Virus record (IMG/VR): IMGVR_UViG_3300043485_000045
Location: 1 to 43,686 of that record
Direction: 5' to 3' (one strand)
DNA from: a virus
Taxonomy: Duplodnaviria; Caudoviricetes
DNA length: 43,686 nucleotides
Of this stretch, positions 27,091-36,351 are shown one piece after another. The position numbers and the translations under genes were made by a program. The notes under the pieces are model-generated. The model was given only the letters and a program-made list of their open reading frames with translations. It searched no databases and was not told where the DNA came from. The number at the start of each line of letters is the position of its first letter. Positions within the stretch are counted from its first letter, which is position 1.

Positions 27091-29463
27091 TTATGCCGTC
27101 GCGCGGTACAAGCCGCGGTAATCGCGGGCTTTGGCGCCTATGTCCATGTTGATGTCCCACTGCATACCGTAGCGGCCGCCGTCAAGGATCTTGCTTCGGA
27201 CTTGCGGCGCGCGTCCCGTCCCCCGGCGATAGGCCACGATGATGGTTCGCGCGAGCGCGCAGGCCAGGTACCAGGTCGTGGCGCTGCCTGAGCGGAGCGT
27301 TTTTGGCTCCGTGCTCGGATCCAAGACGCCGTTTTCGATTCGGGCATCGGAGACCAGCGTCAGGCCTTCATCCCAGACGACGTTATCCACGCCGCGGACC
27401 ACGGTCGTATCCGTGGTACCGGCGCGACTGACGAGGATTTGTTGGCTGCCGATGAACTCTTTGGCGCTGAGACGCAGAGACGTCGGCACGATCAAGTGCG
27501 TCGGCACCAGGTTTAGATTGACGCCGTTTTCCTGCTTCAGCATCATGTTGGCGATGCCGGCGCCGATCGTGGCCAACGCCAGCGCGCTGGCGGTATCGAC
27601 GTTGTCGTCGGTGGCGTTGAACAATTGACGGGCCGTCGTCAACAGTGTCGGGTTGGCCAGCAGGATGGCATAGACCAGGTCGGGACGCAGGCGGGCAGCG
27701 GCCTTGCCCATTTCGTCGGGTAAATCGGCGAGCGCGTTCAGCGTGTCGTCGATCATGTCCTGCTCGTCCACGACGATTTCTCCCGCATAGCGGGCGATTT
27801 GGTAGGTTTCGGCCTCGTCGCCACGGCTCATATTGTCGGCTTTTCCACCGCGCGGCAGTCGAGACAGGCCTTGGCCCTTCGTGAGGCGGATATCCGACTG
27901 CGTCTTGAAATCGGCGACGTCGGTTTCTTGCGTCCAGCCCTCGGTGCTGTCCGGCGCCTCTTCGTAGACTGCCGTCAAATGGGCGTTGATCGAGTCGGTG
28001 AAGATCTTGTCGAGGGTTCCACCGCTGAAGGACGCGCGGATCATGTCATCGCGTCGGTGCGGAATGTCGCCACTCGTCAATCGGCAGCACTCGCGGGCAA
28101 TGTCGATCGCTGACATGTCGCTGAACTGGTGTGCGGCCTCGAAGATCTGGTTCTTGTTGGCATCGTTGATTCCCGCACGAAGGAACGCGGGAATTCCCCG
28201 TTCGATCGCATGCAGGGACTGATACGACGGATGATCGAGCTTCGCGCCCGATCGGATCATGATCGCAGCCGTCAGCGCTTCGCGCGTGCAGGTGGCATCA
28301 TGCGAATGCGCCGCGATGTGGATGCCGGTCGGGCGTTCGGTGCGGATGCGCGTGAGCTCAGCTTCACTGGCGACGAGCTTCACTTCATCGACCGTGAGGT
28401 TCGATTCGATCGCATGTGCGCGGAATTCTTCGACGGGCATCGTGAACGGCGTCCCGTTGCGCACCGGCTCGGTCGGGTGAGCAACCGCGGTGAGCTTCGG
28501 ATATTTGGCGAACGCCGCGCGGATGCCGGCGATGCGGCGATCCTCGGCCGCTTCGTGCTTGCGTCGCTCGGCAAGATCGATCACCGGTTGGCGCGGTTCC
28601 GGCGGTGGCGGCGTCTTGGAGGCCTGCCACCCCGCCTTCAGCGATGGCAGCTGCTTCGCGGTCGGCGCGTCGGGGTGTTCGTTCGCTTTCAGCCACTCAA
28701 CAAATTCCGGTTCCATGATATTGCCTCGTTGCGTTGCCGCGATGGTGGTTTGCGTGTTCACGTCGGCCGCGCCGGTCAGGATCGCGATTTTCGTGAGTGT
28801 CGATTGCCGGGCCACATAGACCGGCCCGGGAAACGTTCTGCCGTTGACCTTGGTCGATTCGTTGGCAGGGACGTATTCGATCTTTTTGCGCGGGGCTCGC
28901 GCCTCGATCGAAGCTTGGTAGGGGAACCCGTTGGCGCCCATGCGAACGATTGTCCCCACTTGCACGGCGGCGTCATCCTCGGCGACGGCCGAAAACGCGC
29001 TCAATACGCCGCTCGCCTTGATCGCTTTCGTCGTTTTTTCGACCTTGGTCGTGTGGCCAATATCCGTGTAATGGCCCGCATTGACGGGGACAGAGTCGAT
29101 CACGCTCATGCCGGCGATGTCGAAGATGATCGGATCGTCCTGATACCAACCGCTCGGAAAGATCGGCGTGCCCGTGTAGGCGAGCATGTCGAACGTCGGA
29201 ATTTTCGGCTTGCCGTCTTCTCCGGTCGCTTGGATCCTCAACTCGGCGAGGTCGCCGGCGGCGGCCACGCCTTTCAATAAAACTTCGTCGCTATCATCCC
29301 TCGCCGTCGCCTTGATTGTCACGACGGCCGGCAACATGGACGGCCTGGCGATGTGTCGCACGCCGGCCTCCGTGTGGGCCCAGTACGAACCAATGAACAT
29401 GACGGCGCGGCCGCACAGCGTGCAGGTAGATCTTTCACCAGGGAATGGCTTTTGAATGTTCAT
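27091..29463 (-). CDS. Prohead protease/scaffold - major capsid protein fusion
   Basis: N-terminal AYTG..H..IGH..FPYQASI protease; C-terminal VADFK..YAG..DD..G..AAR..P.HLIVP..D.GAK.RDYRGLY capsid fold; possible internal start MEPEF at 28716 with GAGG RBS. Confidence 0.85.
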   Translation of the reverse strand: MNIQKPFPGERSTCTLCGRAVMFIGSYWAHTEAGVRHIARPSMLPAVVTIKATARDDSDEVLLKGVAAAGDLAELRIQATGEDGKPKIPTFDMLAYTGTPIFPSGWYQDDPIIFDIAGMSVIDSVPVNAGHYTDIGHTTKVEKTTKAIKASGVLSAFSAVAEDDAAVQVGTIVRMGANGFPYQASIEARAPRKKIEYVPANESTKVNGRTFPGPVYVARQSTLTKIAILTGAADVNTQTTIAATQRGNIMEPEFVEWLKANEHPDAPTAKQLPSLKAGWQASKTPPPPEPRQPVIDLAERRKHEAAEDRRIAGIRAAFAKYPKLTAVAHPTEPVRNGTPFTMPVEEFRAHAIESNLTVDEVKLVASEAELTRIRTERPTGIHIAAHSHDATCTREALTAAIMIRSGAKLDHPSYQSLHAIERGIPAFLRAGINDANKNQIFEAAHQFSDMSAIDIARECCRLTSGDIPHRRDDMIRASFSGGTLDKIFTDSINAHLTAVYEEAPDSTEGWTQETDVADFKTQSDIRLTKGQGLSRLPRGGKADNMSRGDEAETYQIARYAGEIVVDEQDMIDDTLNALADLPDEMGKAAARLRPDLVYAILLANPTLLTTARQLFNATDDNVDTASALALATIGAGIANMMLKQENGVNLNLVPTHLIVPTSLRLSAKEFIGSQQILVSRAGTTDTTVVRGVDNVVWDEGLTLVSDARIENGVLDPSTEPKTLRSGSATTWYLACALARTIIVAYRRGTGRAPQVRSKILDGGRYGMQWDINMDIGAKARDYRGLYRATA

Positions 29464-31025
29464 GCCGCGGCGGCTGCCTCTTCTTGCTGCTGATCTTGTT
29501 CGGCGGATCCAGGCTCAGGCGGCGTAGGATTGGCCGGCGCCTTGGGCATTGCCAACGTCGCGGGCGAATTCCAATTGGGATCCAGACCCAGTTCTTTGGC
29601 GAGGGCGATCTCTTCGACCTTCACCATCGCCTTCTCGCGAAGCATCGTGCGCCAGTCTTTGTTCTCGCGTGCGCAGAGCTCGGGCACGCTGACGGTGCCG
29701 TTGGCGAGGTTCCCGGCGTCGGCGTCGGCATCTTTCTTCGGATCGATCGAGTCCATGGCCGGCCAGCTAAACCGGTGCGGAATCAGGTCTGCGCGTGGAT
29801 ATTGCAGGATCATGCCATCGGGCAGATAACCCGGGATCATGATCGCTTCGTCATACCAATCGCGGAAAAGCGGTTCGAGGATGATCTCGTCGCAATCTTG
29901 CCGCTCGATATCGATCATGCGGTAATAGGGGAGGAAATCTAAGCGGCCCGAACTGAAGTTGTAACCAGCGCTGTTGCACATCGCGCGGTTGTAGGGCATG
30001 TCGAGCGGCCGCGCGCACTGACCAATGACCGTCGTCGTGTATTCTTTGTGCGTGTCGATCGGTTGCGTCGGCTGGAGCTGTTTGGGTTCGTACCCTTCCG
30101 GCATCACGTTGACGCCTTGCTCGATCTCCCATGTGTCGAATGGGGCGCCAAGCGGCGTGTCTTCATCGTCCGGCGTCAAGTTGGTAAACAGCAGCGCGCT
30201 CATTGTCGCTGCCCACTCGGCGGCGCCGAGTGTCGCTTTGTCGAAGCGCCGCAAGTTTGCCATCGTGTTAAGGCTCGGCGCGATCTCGCTTATGCCTCTA
30301 ACTTGACCGGGACGGTCACAACGGTACCAATGGAGCACGAAACGGCGAGCGATTACATCTTGGGTCATCGGCGCGAAGCGCGTTCGCACGCCGGATACAT
30401 CGCCCGGGTGCCGCTTCAGCACGTGGTAAGCGATCGGTCTGCCGAGCGCGTTGAGCTCGACGCCATCGACGGCAAAGCCTGCCTTGACATCCAGCCCATT
30501 GAGCGACGTGACTTGATCGGTTTCCACGCCGAATGGGTAAAGCTTGACCGGGCAATCCATATCCGGATCGGTCTTTTTGAGGATGAACGATTCGCCATCC
30601 ACCTTCTTCGCTTTTACAGCCGTACGCAATATCTTTCGCAGAGCGACTTCGCAGCACCACTCATTCCAGCGTTCCTCGAGCAGCCGGTTCCACTCGTCGT
30701 TTTTCATCCCGGCTTGCAGGGTTGTACCTCTGCCGACGATGTCGTTCGCGACGGTATTGATCATCCCATTGCAGATCGGATTGTTTTGATGTTCATAGCG
30801 TGCGCGTTGCACGATCGGCATGCGCACTTCTTTGGAGTTGGCGGCCCGGGCCGAAAGCCCATCGGCGAAACGCCAGTGCTTTTTCGACTCATCCGAATGC
30901 ATGGCCGATTCGTAGCGAGCGCGCAGCGTGCCAGCATGCCGCCGGCTCGGACGCGTGGGGGGCGCGTTCCTCGCCGGCGGGGATGCGATGGACTGGCCAA
31001 CAGAGAATGAAATCGCGTGCGCCAT
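29460..31025 (-). CDS. Portal protein (lambda family)
   Basis: RARYE..NNP, DGESF, GVELN..GRPIAY, RPGQVRG, NFSSGR, IDPKKDA motifs. Confidence 0.92.
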   Translation of the reverse strand: MAHAISFSVGQSIASPPARNAPPTRPSRRHAGTLRARYESAMHSDESKKHWRFADGLSARAANSKEVRMPIVQRARYEHQNNPICNGMINTVANDIVGRGTTLQAGMKNDEWNRLLEERWNEWCCEVALRKILRTAVKAKKVDGESFILKKTDPDMDCPVKLYPFGVETDQVTSLNGLDVKAGFAVDGVELNALGRPIAYHVLKRHPGDVSGVRTRFAPMTQDVIARRFVLHWYRCDRPGQVRGISEIAPSLNTMANLRRFDKATLGAAEWAATMSALLFTNLTPDDEDTPLGAPFDTWEIEQGVNVMPEGYEPKQLQPTQPIDTHKEYTTTVIGQCARPLDMPYNRAMCNSAGYNFSSGRLDFLPYYRMIDIERQDCDEIILEPLFRDWYDEAIMIPGYLPDGMILQYPRADLIPHRFSWPAMDSIDPKKDADADAGNLANGTVSVPELCARENKDWRTMLREKAMVKVEEIALAKELGLDPNWNSPATLAMPKAPANPTPPEPGSAEQDQQQEEAAAAA

Positions 31026-31249
31026 TAGTCGCAATTGGTCTCAATGGACTGCCCGGTTACCATGCCCGGGGGAATGATTTTGCGAAAGCGGATGCCGAGC
31101 CGGTTTTTGCTGCCTGCGTTCTTGGCTAGAATGGCCTTGGCGGCGGCGACTTGTTCGCTCAGCGGATGCTGCTCGATCGAGCCCGCGCCCGTGGTCACCT
31201 TCTTCGGCTTGGCGATGCTATCGCCCACGTCGTCGAGGATGTCGGCCAT
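31025..31249 (-). CDS. Head completion protein (gpW-like)
   Basis: 74 aa, TAATG-coupled to portal; typical position. Confidence 0.65.
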   Translation of the reverse strand: MADILDDVGDSIAKPKKVTTGAGSIEQHPLSEQVAAAKAILAKNAGSKNRLGIRFRKIIPPGMVTGQSIETNCD

Positions 31250-31270
31250 GAGATGTCACCATGTGCGCAA

Positions 31271-31398
31271 ATAAAAAGGGACGACACGATTTCTCGCGTC
31301 GCCCCTCACATGGCGTCGGAAGTGTGAGCCTCATGATCCCGCTGGCCGGCGGGTGAAGCCAATCGAAGCACGACGCGGGAATTCGCGTCGTCCGTTTT
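31271..31398 (-). ncRNA. Structured leader RNA of the head operon with alternative terminator/antiterminator folds
   Basis: 23-bp outer stem 31371-31393/31279-31301, two inner hairpins, GAAA-loop terminator followed by TTTTTATTT. Confidence 0.6.
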
Positions 31399-31410
31399 TC
31401 TGTATGAACA

Positions 31411-31440
31411 ATCTTAGGCATGCGAACCAGGCGTTTGCAA
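31411..31440 (-). promoter_or_regulatory. Candidate late promoter
   Basis: TTGCAA-18 bp-TAAGAT immediately upstream of the structured leader. Confidence 0.45.
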
Positions 31441-31462
31441 GGTGATCGCGGAGCGATTTGTA

Positions 31463-31717
31463 CTAAAAATCCTGAGCGATGCCATTAGTGGCATCGAAAG
31501 GGGAATTTTCTTCGGTCTGGATCATTTCGATCGTCCAGAACGTGGTGCGTTCGCCTGCGGCGCCGAAGACGCAGTTCTCGTTCGCGCACATCCTTCGCCG
31601 CCGAATTGTTCGCTTCGATTGGCGCGTGTGCGTGACGGAAGTCTCCGGGCACCAGCACCGGGGGCAACGGATGCCGTTGATGGAGTCATTGGGCCGGCCT
31701 GGAATTTGTTCGCTCAA
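31463..31717 (-). CDS. Zinc-ribbon protein (NrdR N-terminal/Ogr-Delta-like late regulator)
   Basis: CPRC..TSVTHTR..IRRRRMC...C..F.T.E. Confidence 0.7.
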   Translation of the reverse strand: MSEQIPGRPNDSINGIRCPRCWCPETSVTHTRQSKRTIRRRRMCANENCVFGAAGERTTFWTIEMIQTEENSPFDATNGIAQDF

Positions 31718-31722
31718 GATGT

Positions 31723-32328
31723 TTACTCCTTCGCGATCGGGACATAGATCGGTTCGTCGGCCTCAACGCGTTGCTCTGAACCTTCCCAGCCATATTCGTG
31801 CAGTCTCCGGCATAAGTCAGCATTGCCAAGGAGTATCGCAGAGGCTGTTTTGCCACGGCCTGCCAGCGCGGGCACCCACTCCGTGAGTTTTTTGAAATTA
31901 TTTTCAGTCGGCTCAGGGTCGTCGATTACGGCTATATCAGGGCGCACGCTCTCGATATAGACCCCTCGCCAGTTGGACTGCCGAATTGAGAACGTCCGGG
32001 CTGGGTGAATGTAGCGTTGGTACCGAATGCTTGCCGTTTCAGCCATGTCCATAATCTGCTCTTTTGCCGATTGGGCAAAAAAGCTGCTGGCGCAAATCAA
32101 TATCGGGCACGATCGCAGATTCTGATGCGTCAACCAAATCGTCATTGCCATTGCTGTAGTCGTCTTGCCTCTGCCCCGAGCAATCGGGATGGCATACCGA
32201 CCAGCCTTCACGCCTGCACCGGCGTTTGCCTCCACTTCGAGACCGGTCGCAACAAAGGCCGGCCCGTAAAAGCGATCAGGCCATGTGCTATAACAGAAAT
32301 CCACGAAACTCAATGGAAATCCCTTCAT
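31723..32328 (-). CDS. Stand-alone terminase-ATPase-like protein (short homologue of the TerL N-domain, no nuclease)
   Basis: IARGRGKTT Walker A and RPDIAVIDDP Walker B mirror TerL MPRGFGKTT and RPDLLICDDP; ATGA-coupled to terL. Confidence 0.7.
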   Translation of the reverse strand: MKGFPLSFVDFCYSTWPDRFYGPAFVATGLEVEANAGAGVKAGRYAIPIARGRGKTTTAMAMTIWLTHQNLRSCPILICASSFFAQSAKEQIMDMAETASIRYQRYIHPARTFSIRQSNWRGVYIESVRPDIAVIDDPEPTENNFKKLTEWVPALAGRGKTASAILLGNADLCRRLHEYGWEGSEQRVEADEPIYVPIAKE

Positions 32329-34505
32329 CGTCCACCCCTCGCTTTCTCACGCTGCTCGGAAAAAGACACACGCTTTCTCACCTTCGGTTTCGCGGGTCGA
32401 TAGATCCCCTCGAGAGAGACGCCCTTGATGCTCGCGGCGACGCTTGCGCCGACCAAACAGTCAAGCCAATGGTTATCGGGTTTGCCCGGTTTCTCTTCCC
32501 AGACGACGCATGCGCGTTGCTTGCTTTTCACCTCGGTCGCATATTCCGCAGTCAGATGATCGGCGAGCATACGATGCTCTTTCGCTTCATCGCCGAACAA
32601 GGTGATGCATCCGGCGTTGCCGGCTGCCACGCCTAAGCGTTCCTGGATGAAGGTTTTCCAGAAGTTCACGTTCATGCTCACCAGCTTGCAGCCGCGATCT
32701 TCCTTGGCCGCCGGCATCCGCCATTTCAGGCCTTGGTTATCGCCTGGTTTGATCGCGCCTTCGTCCACATCCTTCGCGGACGTCGGGCCAACGTAGACGC
32801 CTTTCGACGGCAATACCACGCTGGCGCCATAAGGATTGTTGCGCACGAATTCGTAAACGAGCTTAGACCATTTTCCCGAGTCGATCAGCAGTTGATCGGT
32901 TTTCATGCTCGCGCCGTTCTGACGGATCCACTCCCGCTCCATCAGGTATTGTGTGAGGCGTTTCAATCCCTCCCGCAACTGGCCTTCGACTCCCGCTATT
33001 TTGGTTTCGCGCTCCAGCGTGTTCGTGATGTCGGCCGCGGTGAAGTACGGCCGGTTTTGTTTCGGCCAGGTGTCATAGTCGAGGATCCAGCCGGAGAATC
33101 CTGCGTCCCATGCGACGGCCATCCAATACAGAACATTTTGCTGCATGTCGATGAATGCGGTGATCGTCGAGGCCTCGATCGGTGCCACGCCGCGGGCGAT
33201 GTGGTTTAGCTTCTCGCAAATCTCGTTGGCGGTCAATTGCTTTACGTTGCCAAGATCCGGCGGCAACGGTTGGTTTTGCTTCTCCGCGAAAAACTTTCGT
33301 CGATCCTGGAAGTAGAGGTTCATCGCTGATTGTAACGCGTCGGCTTCATCTTTCGCGAATTGCTCGGGCCAGGCGATGACGGCGCCCTTGCCCATCTCGG
33401 TTTTGTTGGCCTTGTAGAATTCAGTCGCTTCGTCGGCCGCTCGCTTTTTGTCGTTGGCATCCGCGTAGGGGTTGTAATTGTTCCGGATGTCGCGGTACTT
33501 TTCCCAAAGGTCCATGCGCGTCGGAAAGGCATAGACCATTTTCGTACGCATGGAATCCCACTCCGGATGCTTGGTGTGATCCAGGATATTATCCGCCATG
33601 TCAAATTCGCGCACGACAGTACAAGGCATGATGCCCGCTATTTTTTTGCTCGGTCCAGCGAGGCCCATGGCCATTCCTGCAAGGATCGACTCGCGCTTCT
33701 CACACCCACTCACGCTATTGGCACTGACATCCGTTTGTGGATCATCGCAGATCAAAAGATCGGGGCGCTCCCCCTTGACGTTGAACCCACGAACCTTCGA
33801 TCCTGTGATTCCCGTCAAGTAAACCTTTGCGCCGCCGGCCTGGAGCTGCTCGGGCCTTACGCTCTTTTGCGGCGGGATCTTCGGAAGAATCAGATGATCG
33901 CCTCCCCAGTGGATCTCCGTGCGCATTCCCAAGCATCGCTGTCCTAGTTGTCGTTTGGCTTCTCCTTCCAGGGCGAGGATCGGGACAACGATTTCAGGAT
34001 AGTCCTCGCGTAGTGCGGGGCTCTCCACCAGCATTGCTTTGATCGCTTCGAGCGACAAAATCGCATGGGCACTGCCAGCGGACACCAAGAGGCAGAATCT
34101 GCGAAATGCGTTGATCTCCGCCCAGATTGCAGAGGCGCGGCAAATCGTGGTTTTTCCGAACCCTCGGGGCATCGCAAGCGCAAATAAACCATCGTCCGTT
34201 ACTGCCTGCTGAGACTTGGCGAAGACCCTGCTATGGTCCCGCGAAAACGGAAGGTAGAAATACGGCTCGTGAGGCCAGTACGTCTTGCAGGCAAGCTCCA
34301 GGTCCTGCGCACATTTGAGGCGGCGATTCCAATTCTTGTCGGTAACCTCGGGAATCGGGCCGATGTCCTGGCCGGCCTTGGTCTGCTTTCGGCGGCCGGA
34401 ACGGTTGGAATCGAGCGTTCGCTCGTATGCCTCGGCTCTACTGAATTGCGGCTGGCGTCCCTTGGCCTTCGTCCTCGGCGTCGGCGTCTTGGTCCCTGTA
34501 AACAT
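32325..34505 (-). CDS. terL: Terminase large subunit (gpA-type endonuclease C-domain)
   Basis: PRGFGKTT, ICDDPQ, AFIDMQ, LIDSG and NHWLDC motifs; upstream of portal. Confidence 0.93.
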   Translation of the reverse strand: MFTGTKTPTPRTKAKGRQPQFSRAEAYERTLDSNRSGRRKQTKAGQDIGPIPEVTDKNWNRRLKCAQDLELACKTYWPHEPYFYLPFSRDHSRVFAKSQQAVTDDGLFALAMPRGFGKTTICRASAIWAEINAFRRFCLLVSAGSAHAILSLEAIKAMLVESPALREDYPEIVVPILALEGEAKRQLGQRCLGMRTEIHWGGDHLILPKIPPQKSVRPEQLQAGGAKVYLTGITGSKVRGFNVKGERPDLLICDDPQTDVSANSVSGCEKRESILAGMAMGLAGPSKKIAGIMPCTVVREFDMADNILDHTKHPEWDSMRTKMVYAFPTRMDLWEKYRDIRNNYNPYADANDKKRAADEATEFYKANKTEMGKGAVIAWPEQFAKDEADALQSAMNLYFQDRRKFFAEKQNQPLPPDLGNVKQLTANEICEKLNHIARGVAPIEASTITAFIDMQQNVLYWMAVAWDAGFSGWILDYDTWPKQNRPYFTAADITNTLERETKIAGVEGQLREGLKRLTQYLMEREWIRQNGASMKTDQLLIDSGKWSKLVYEFVRNNPYGASVVLPSKGVYVGPTSAKDVDEGAIKPGDNQGLKWRMPAAKEDRGCKLVSMNVNFWKTFIQERLGVAAGNAGCITLFGDEAKEHRMLADHLTAEYATEVKSKQRACVVWEEKPGKPDNHWLDCLVGASVAASIKGVSLEGIYRPAKPKVRKRVSFSEQREKARGGR

Positions 34506-34821
34506 TCTTGGCGATCTCCGCGATCTGCTTCACAGCACGCAAGGCCCCCGGGTAATCCCCCGTTTCGACCATGCGGCGATAGAGATCCCGCGCGGCCTCG
34601 AAACACCAGCCGCGGACCACTTCCGGGTTGAAGTTCGCGGCCTGTTCAAAGGAATCCATCGCTTCTTTGAGCAATGCCGCCGGCGACGACTCGGGAAACG
34701 TCGTCTCGATCGCTTCGTAGATCTCGTACATGCCGGCGCCGGTCAGAATCCAGCCCACGACTTGTTGAACCTCGGCCGGCTTGCATTTCTTCACGAGCTC
34801 ATTTTTCTTTGGCCGCGTCAT
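34438..34821 (-). CDS. Probable terminase small subunit
   Basis: 127 aa helical protein overlapping the terL start; positional inference. Confidence 0.5.
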   Translation of the reverse strand: MTRPKKNELVKKCKPAEVQQVVGWILTGAGMYEIYEAIETTFPESSPAALLKEAMDSFEQAANFNPEVVRGWCFEAARDLYRRMVETGDYPGALRAVKQIAEIAKNVYRDQDADAEDEGQGTPAAIQ

Positions 34822-35068
34822 GCTCGCTCTCTTCTTCTATCCACTCATCTTCGTGCTCTGCTATCGACTCGAAATGGCTCGGCCACTTGCGCAGGTATTT
34901 AATCGCTTCCTCTGTGGACAATCCGATAGATTCGAATCCATTGAGAATCCAGCCTCCGCTACGTCCGCACATTTCAAAGTCCATGCCGATCGGCTCCCAG
35001 CGGAGCGACTCGACATAAATTCCGAGCTCGGCGGCGACTTCGCGGATGCGTTTTTCGTTTCTGCTCAC
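34799..35068 (-). CDS. Hypothetical acidic protein
   Basis: 89 aa, overlaps both neighbours. Confidence 0.6.
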   Translation of the reverse strand: MSRNEKRIREVAAELGIYVESLRWEPIGMDFEMCGRSGGWILNGFESIGLSTEEAIKYLRKWPSHFESIAEHEDEWIEEESEHDAAKEK

Positions 35069-35811
35069 GGCTTCACCTCGCCGGCCAGGAACAATTCATC
35101 CATCCATGCGCGATGAAACTCGTATATGGCCGGGCTGCCGAACGCGCTGGCCTGCTCGATGTTCTTGCAGCTTCGCAGGTTCGCAGACGACTCAAAGGTG
35201 AGGCGGCGGCCGTCCTCGAACGCGATCAACAGAATCTTGGCATGCGTGCGGATGCTGAGAAAGTTCATTCGCACCGGGCGCTTGCGGAACTCTTCGGCCG
35301 CGGGATCGTAGATCTTGGCCGACGTCCCCGCGAAGTAGTGGCTGCACATTAGCCAAACGCGATCGATCTGCGCGGCATCGACCATTTCGACGAGCTTGGA
35401 AATGTTGCGTGTGCTGAAACCGAGCGTGGCAATGTGCAGCGACTCGATCTTGCAGCCGGCCATTGCAAGCGTCGCGGGTACGAAATCGAACAGAGCAAAG
35501 CGTCCGCTGATCACCAGGTGCACGGACTGCTCGGCGTCGGGCAGCTCGGCGAGCGCATCCCGCGCCGTTCGGGCCTGGCGAGCTTCGACCAGGCGGGCCT
35601 TGTGTTCGCGCTGGCACAATCGGCGATCGCTGGCGAGGTGTGGCTTGCGCTCCAGCTCCTGCTCGATCGATTCCACCGATCGGTTTCCTTGCCGCGGCGA
35701 TAGCAGGCGATTCGGCGTCGGCACCAACGGTGCCCTGCCGATCGGCGCCGGGGCGGTCAGAATCCGGTTTTCGCCTGCTTTTAATTCCATCGCGCGCATT
35801 CCATCATACAA
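35065..35811 (-). CDS. Phospholipase D-like (HxK) domain protein
   Basis: THAKILL..FESSANL half-PLD motif; start uncertain (ATG at 35799 or 35790 also possible). Confidence 0.75.
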   Translation of the reverse strand: MYDGMRAMELKAGENRILTAPAPIGRAPLVPTPNRLLSPRQGNRSVESIEQELERKPHLASDRRLCQREHKARLVEARQARTARDALAELPDAEQSVHLVISGRFALFDFVPATLAMAGCKIESLHIATLGFSTRNISKLVEMVDAAQIDRVWLMCSHYFAGTSAKIYDPAAEEFRKRPVRMNFLSIRTHAKILLIAFEDGRRLTFESSANLRSCKNIEQASAFGSPAIYEFHRAWMDELFLAGEVKP

Positions 35812-35837
35812 AAACGCAACTCTCGACTGTTTGCGAC

Positions 35838-35871
35838 GCAGGTCGGGCGGCCTTTTAGCCGGGAAGGACCC
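35838..35871 (-). other. Lambda-like cos site (cosQ + cosN-like)
   Basis: Minus strand GGGTCCT (identical to lambda cosQ), then 12 nt, then GGCCGCCCGACCT (cf. lambda cohesive end GGGCGGCGACCT), upstream of the packaging genes. Confidence 0.6.
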
Positions 35872-35880
35872 AAAAACGGT

Positions 35881-36030
35881 TTAAGGTTGACCGTGGCATG
35901 CCCCGCCACCGTCCAGAAGGACGCTATCCAAGAAAACCATACCCAGATAGAGAATCACGGGCAAAACGACGGCGGTCGCAACCAATGCGACGAAGAGAAT
36001 TCCAAATGCTTCGGACAGAACGCTGCGCAT
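35881..36030 (-). CDS. Small hydrophobic peptide
   Basis: GGAG RBS, 49 aa, one TM segment. Confidence 0.4.
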   Translation of the reverse strand: MRSVLSEAFGILFVALVATAVVLPVILYLGMVFLDSVLLDGGGACHGQP

Positions 36031-36050
36031 GAGCTTCTCCGTTTTCGGTT

Positions 36051-36320
36051 TCAATGGCTCGGCTGACCATCCCGCTGATGATCGGCGATTGCAATCAAGG
36101 AATCGTTCACGGCGCCAGCCAACGTTTTTGCCGAATGGATCGAGGACGTGATTCCGTCGTAGACCTGCCATTCGGCTTCGACGCGGCCTTGGGATAGAAA
36201 CACCAGCGCCATGCGGATCGAAAAGAACTTGCCACCAAGCGTGGCATTGAGACGCTGCACGGCGCCTTGAAGCGTGCAACCGATGCAGAGCAGTTCATGC
36301 GTTGTCGTCTCGGCACTCAT
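36051..36320 (-). CDS. Hypothetical protein
   Basis: GAGGG RBS; 89 aa. Confidence 0.55.
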   Translation of the reverse strand: MSAETTTHELLCIGCTLQGAVQRLNATLGGKFFSIRMALVFLSQGRVEAEWQVYDGITSSIHSAKTLAGAVNDSLIAIADHQRDGQPSH

Positions 36321-36351
36321 TGACCTGTCCCTCACCCCTGGCCCCTCTCCC

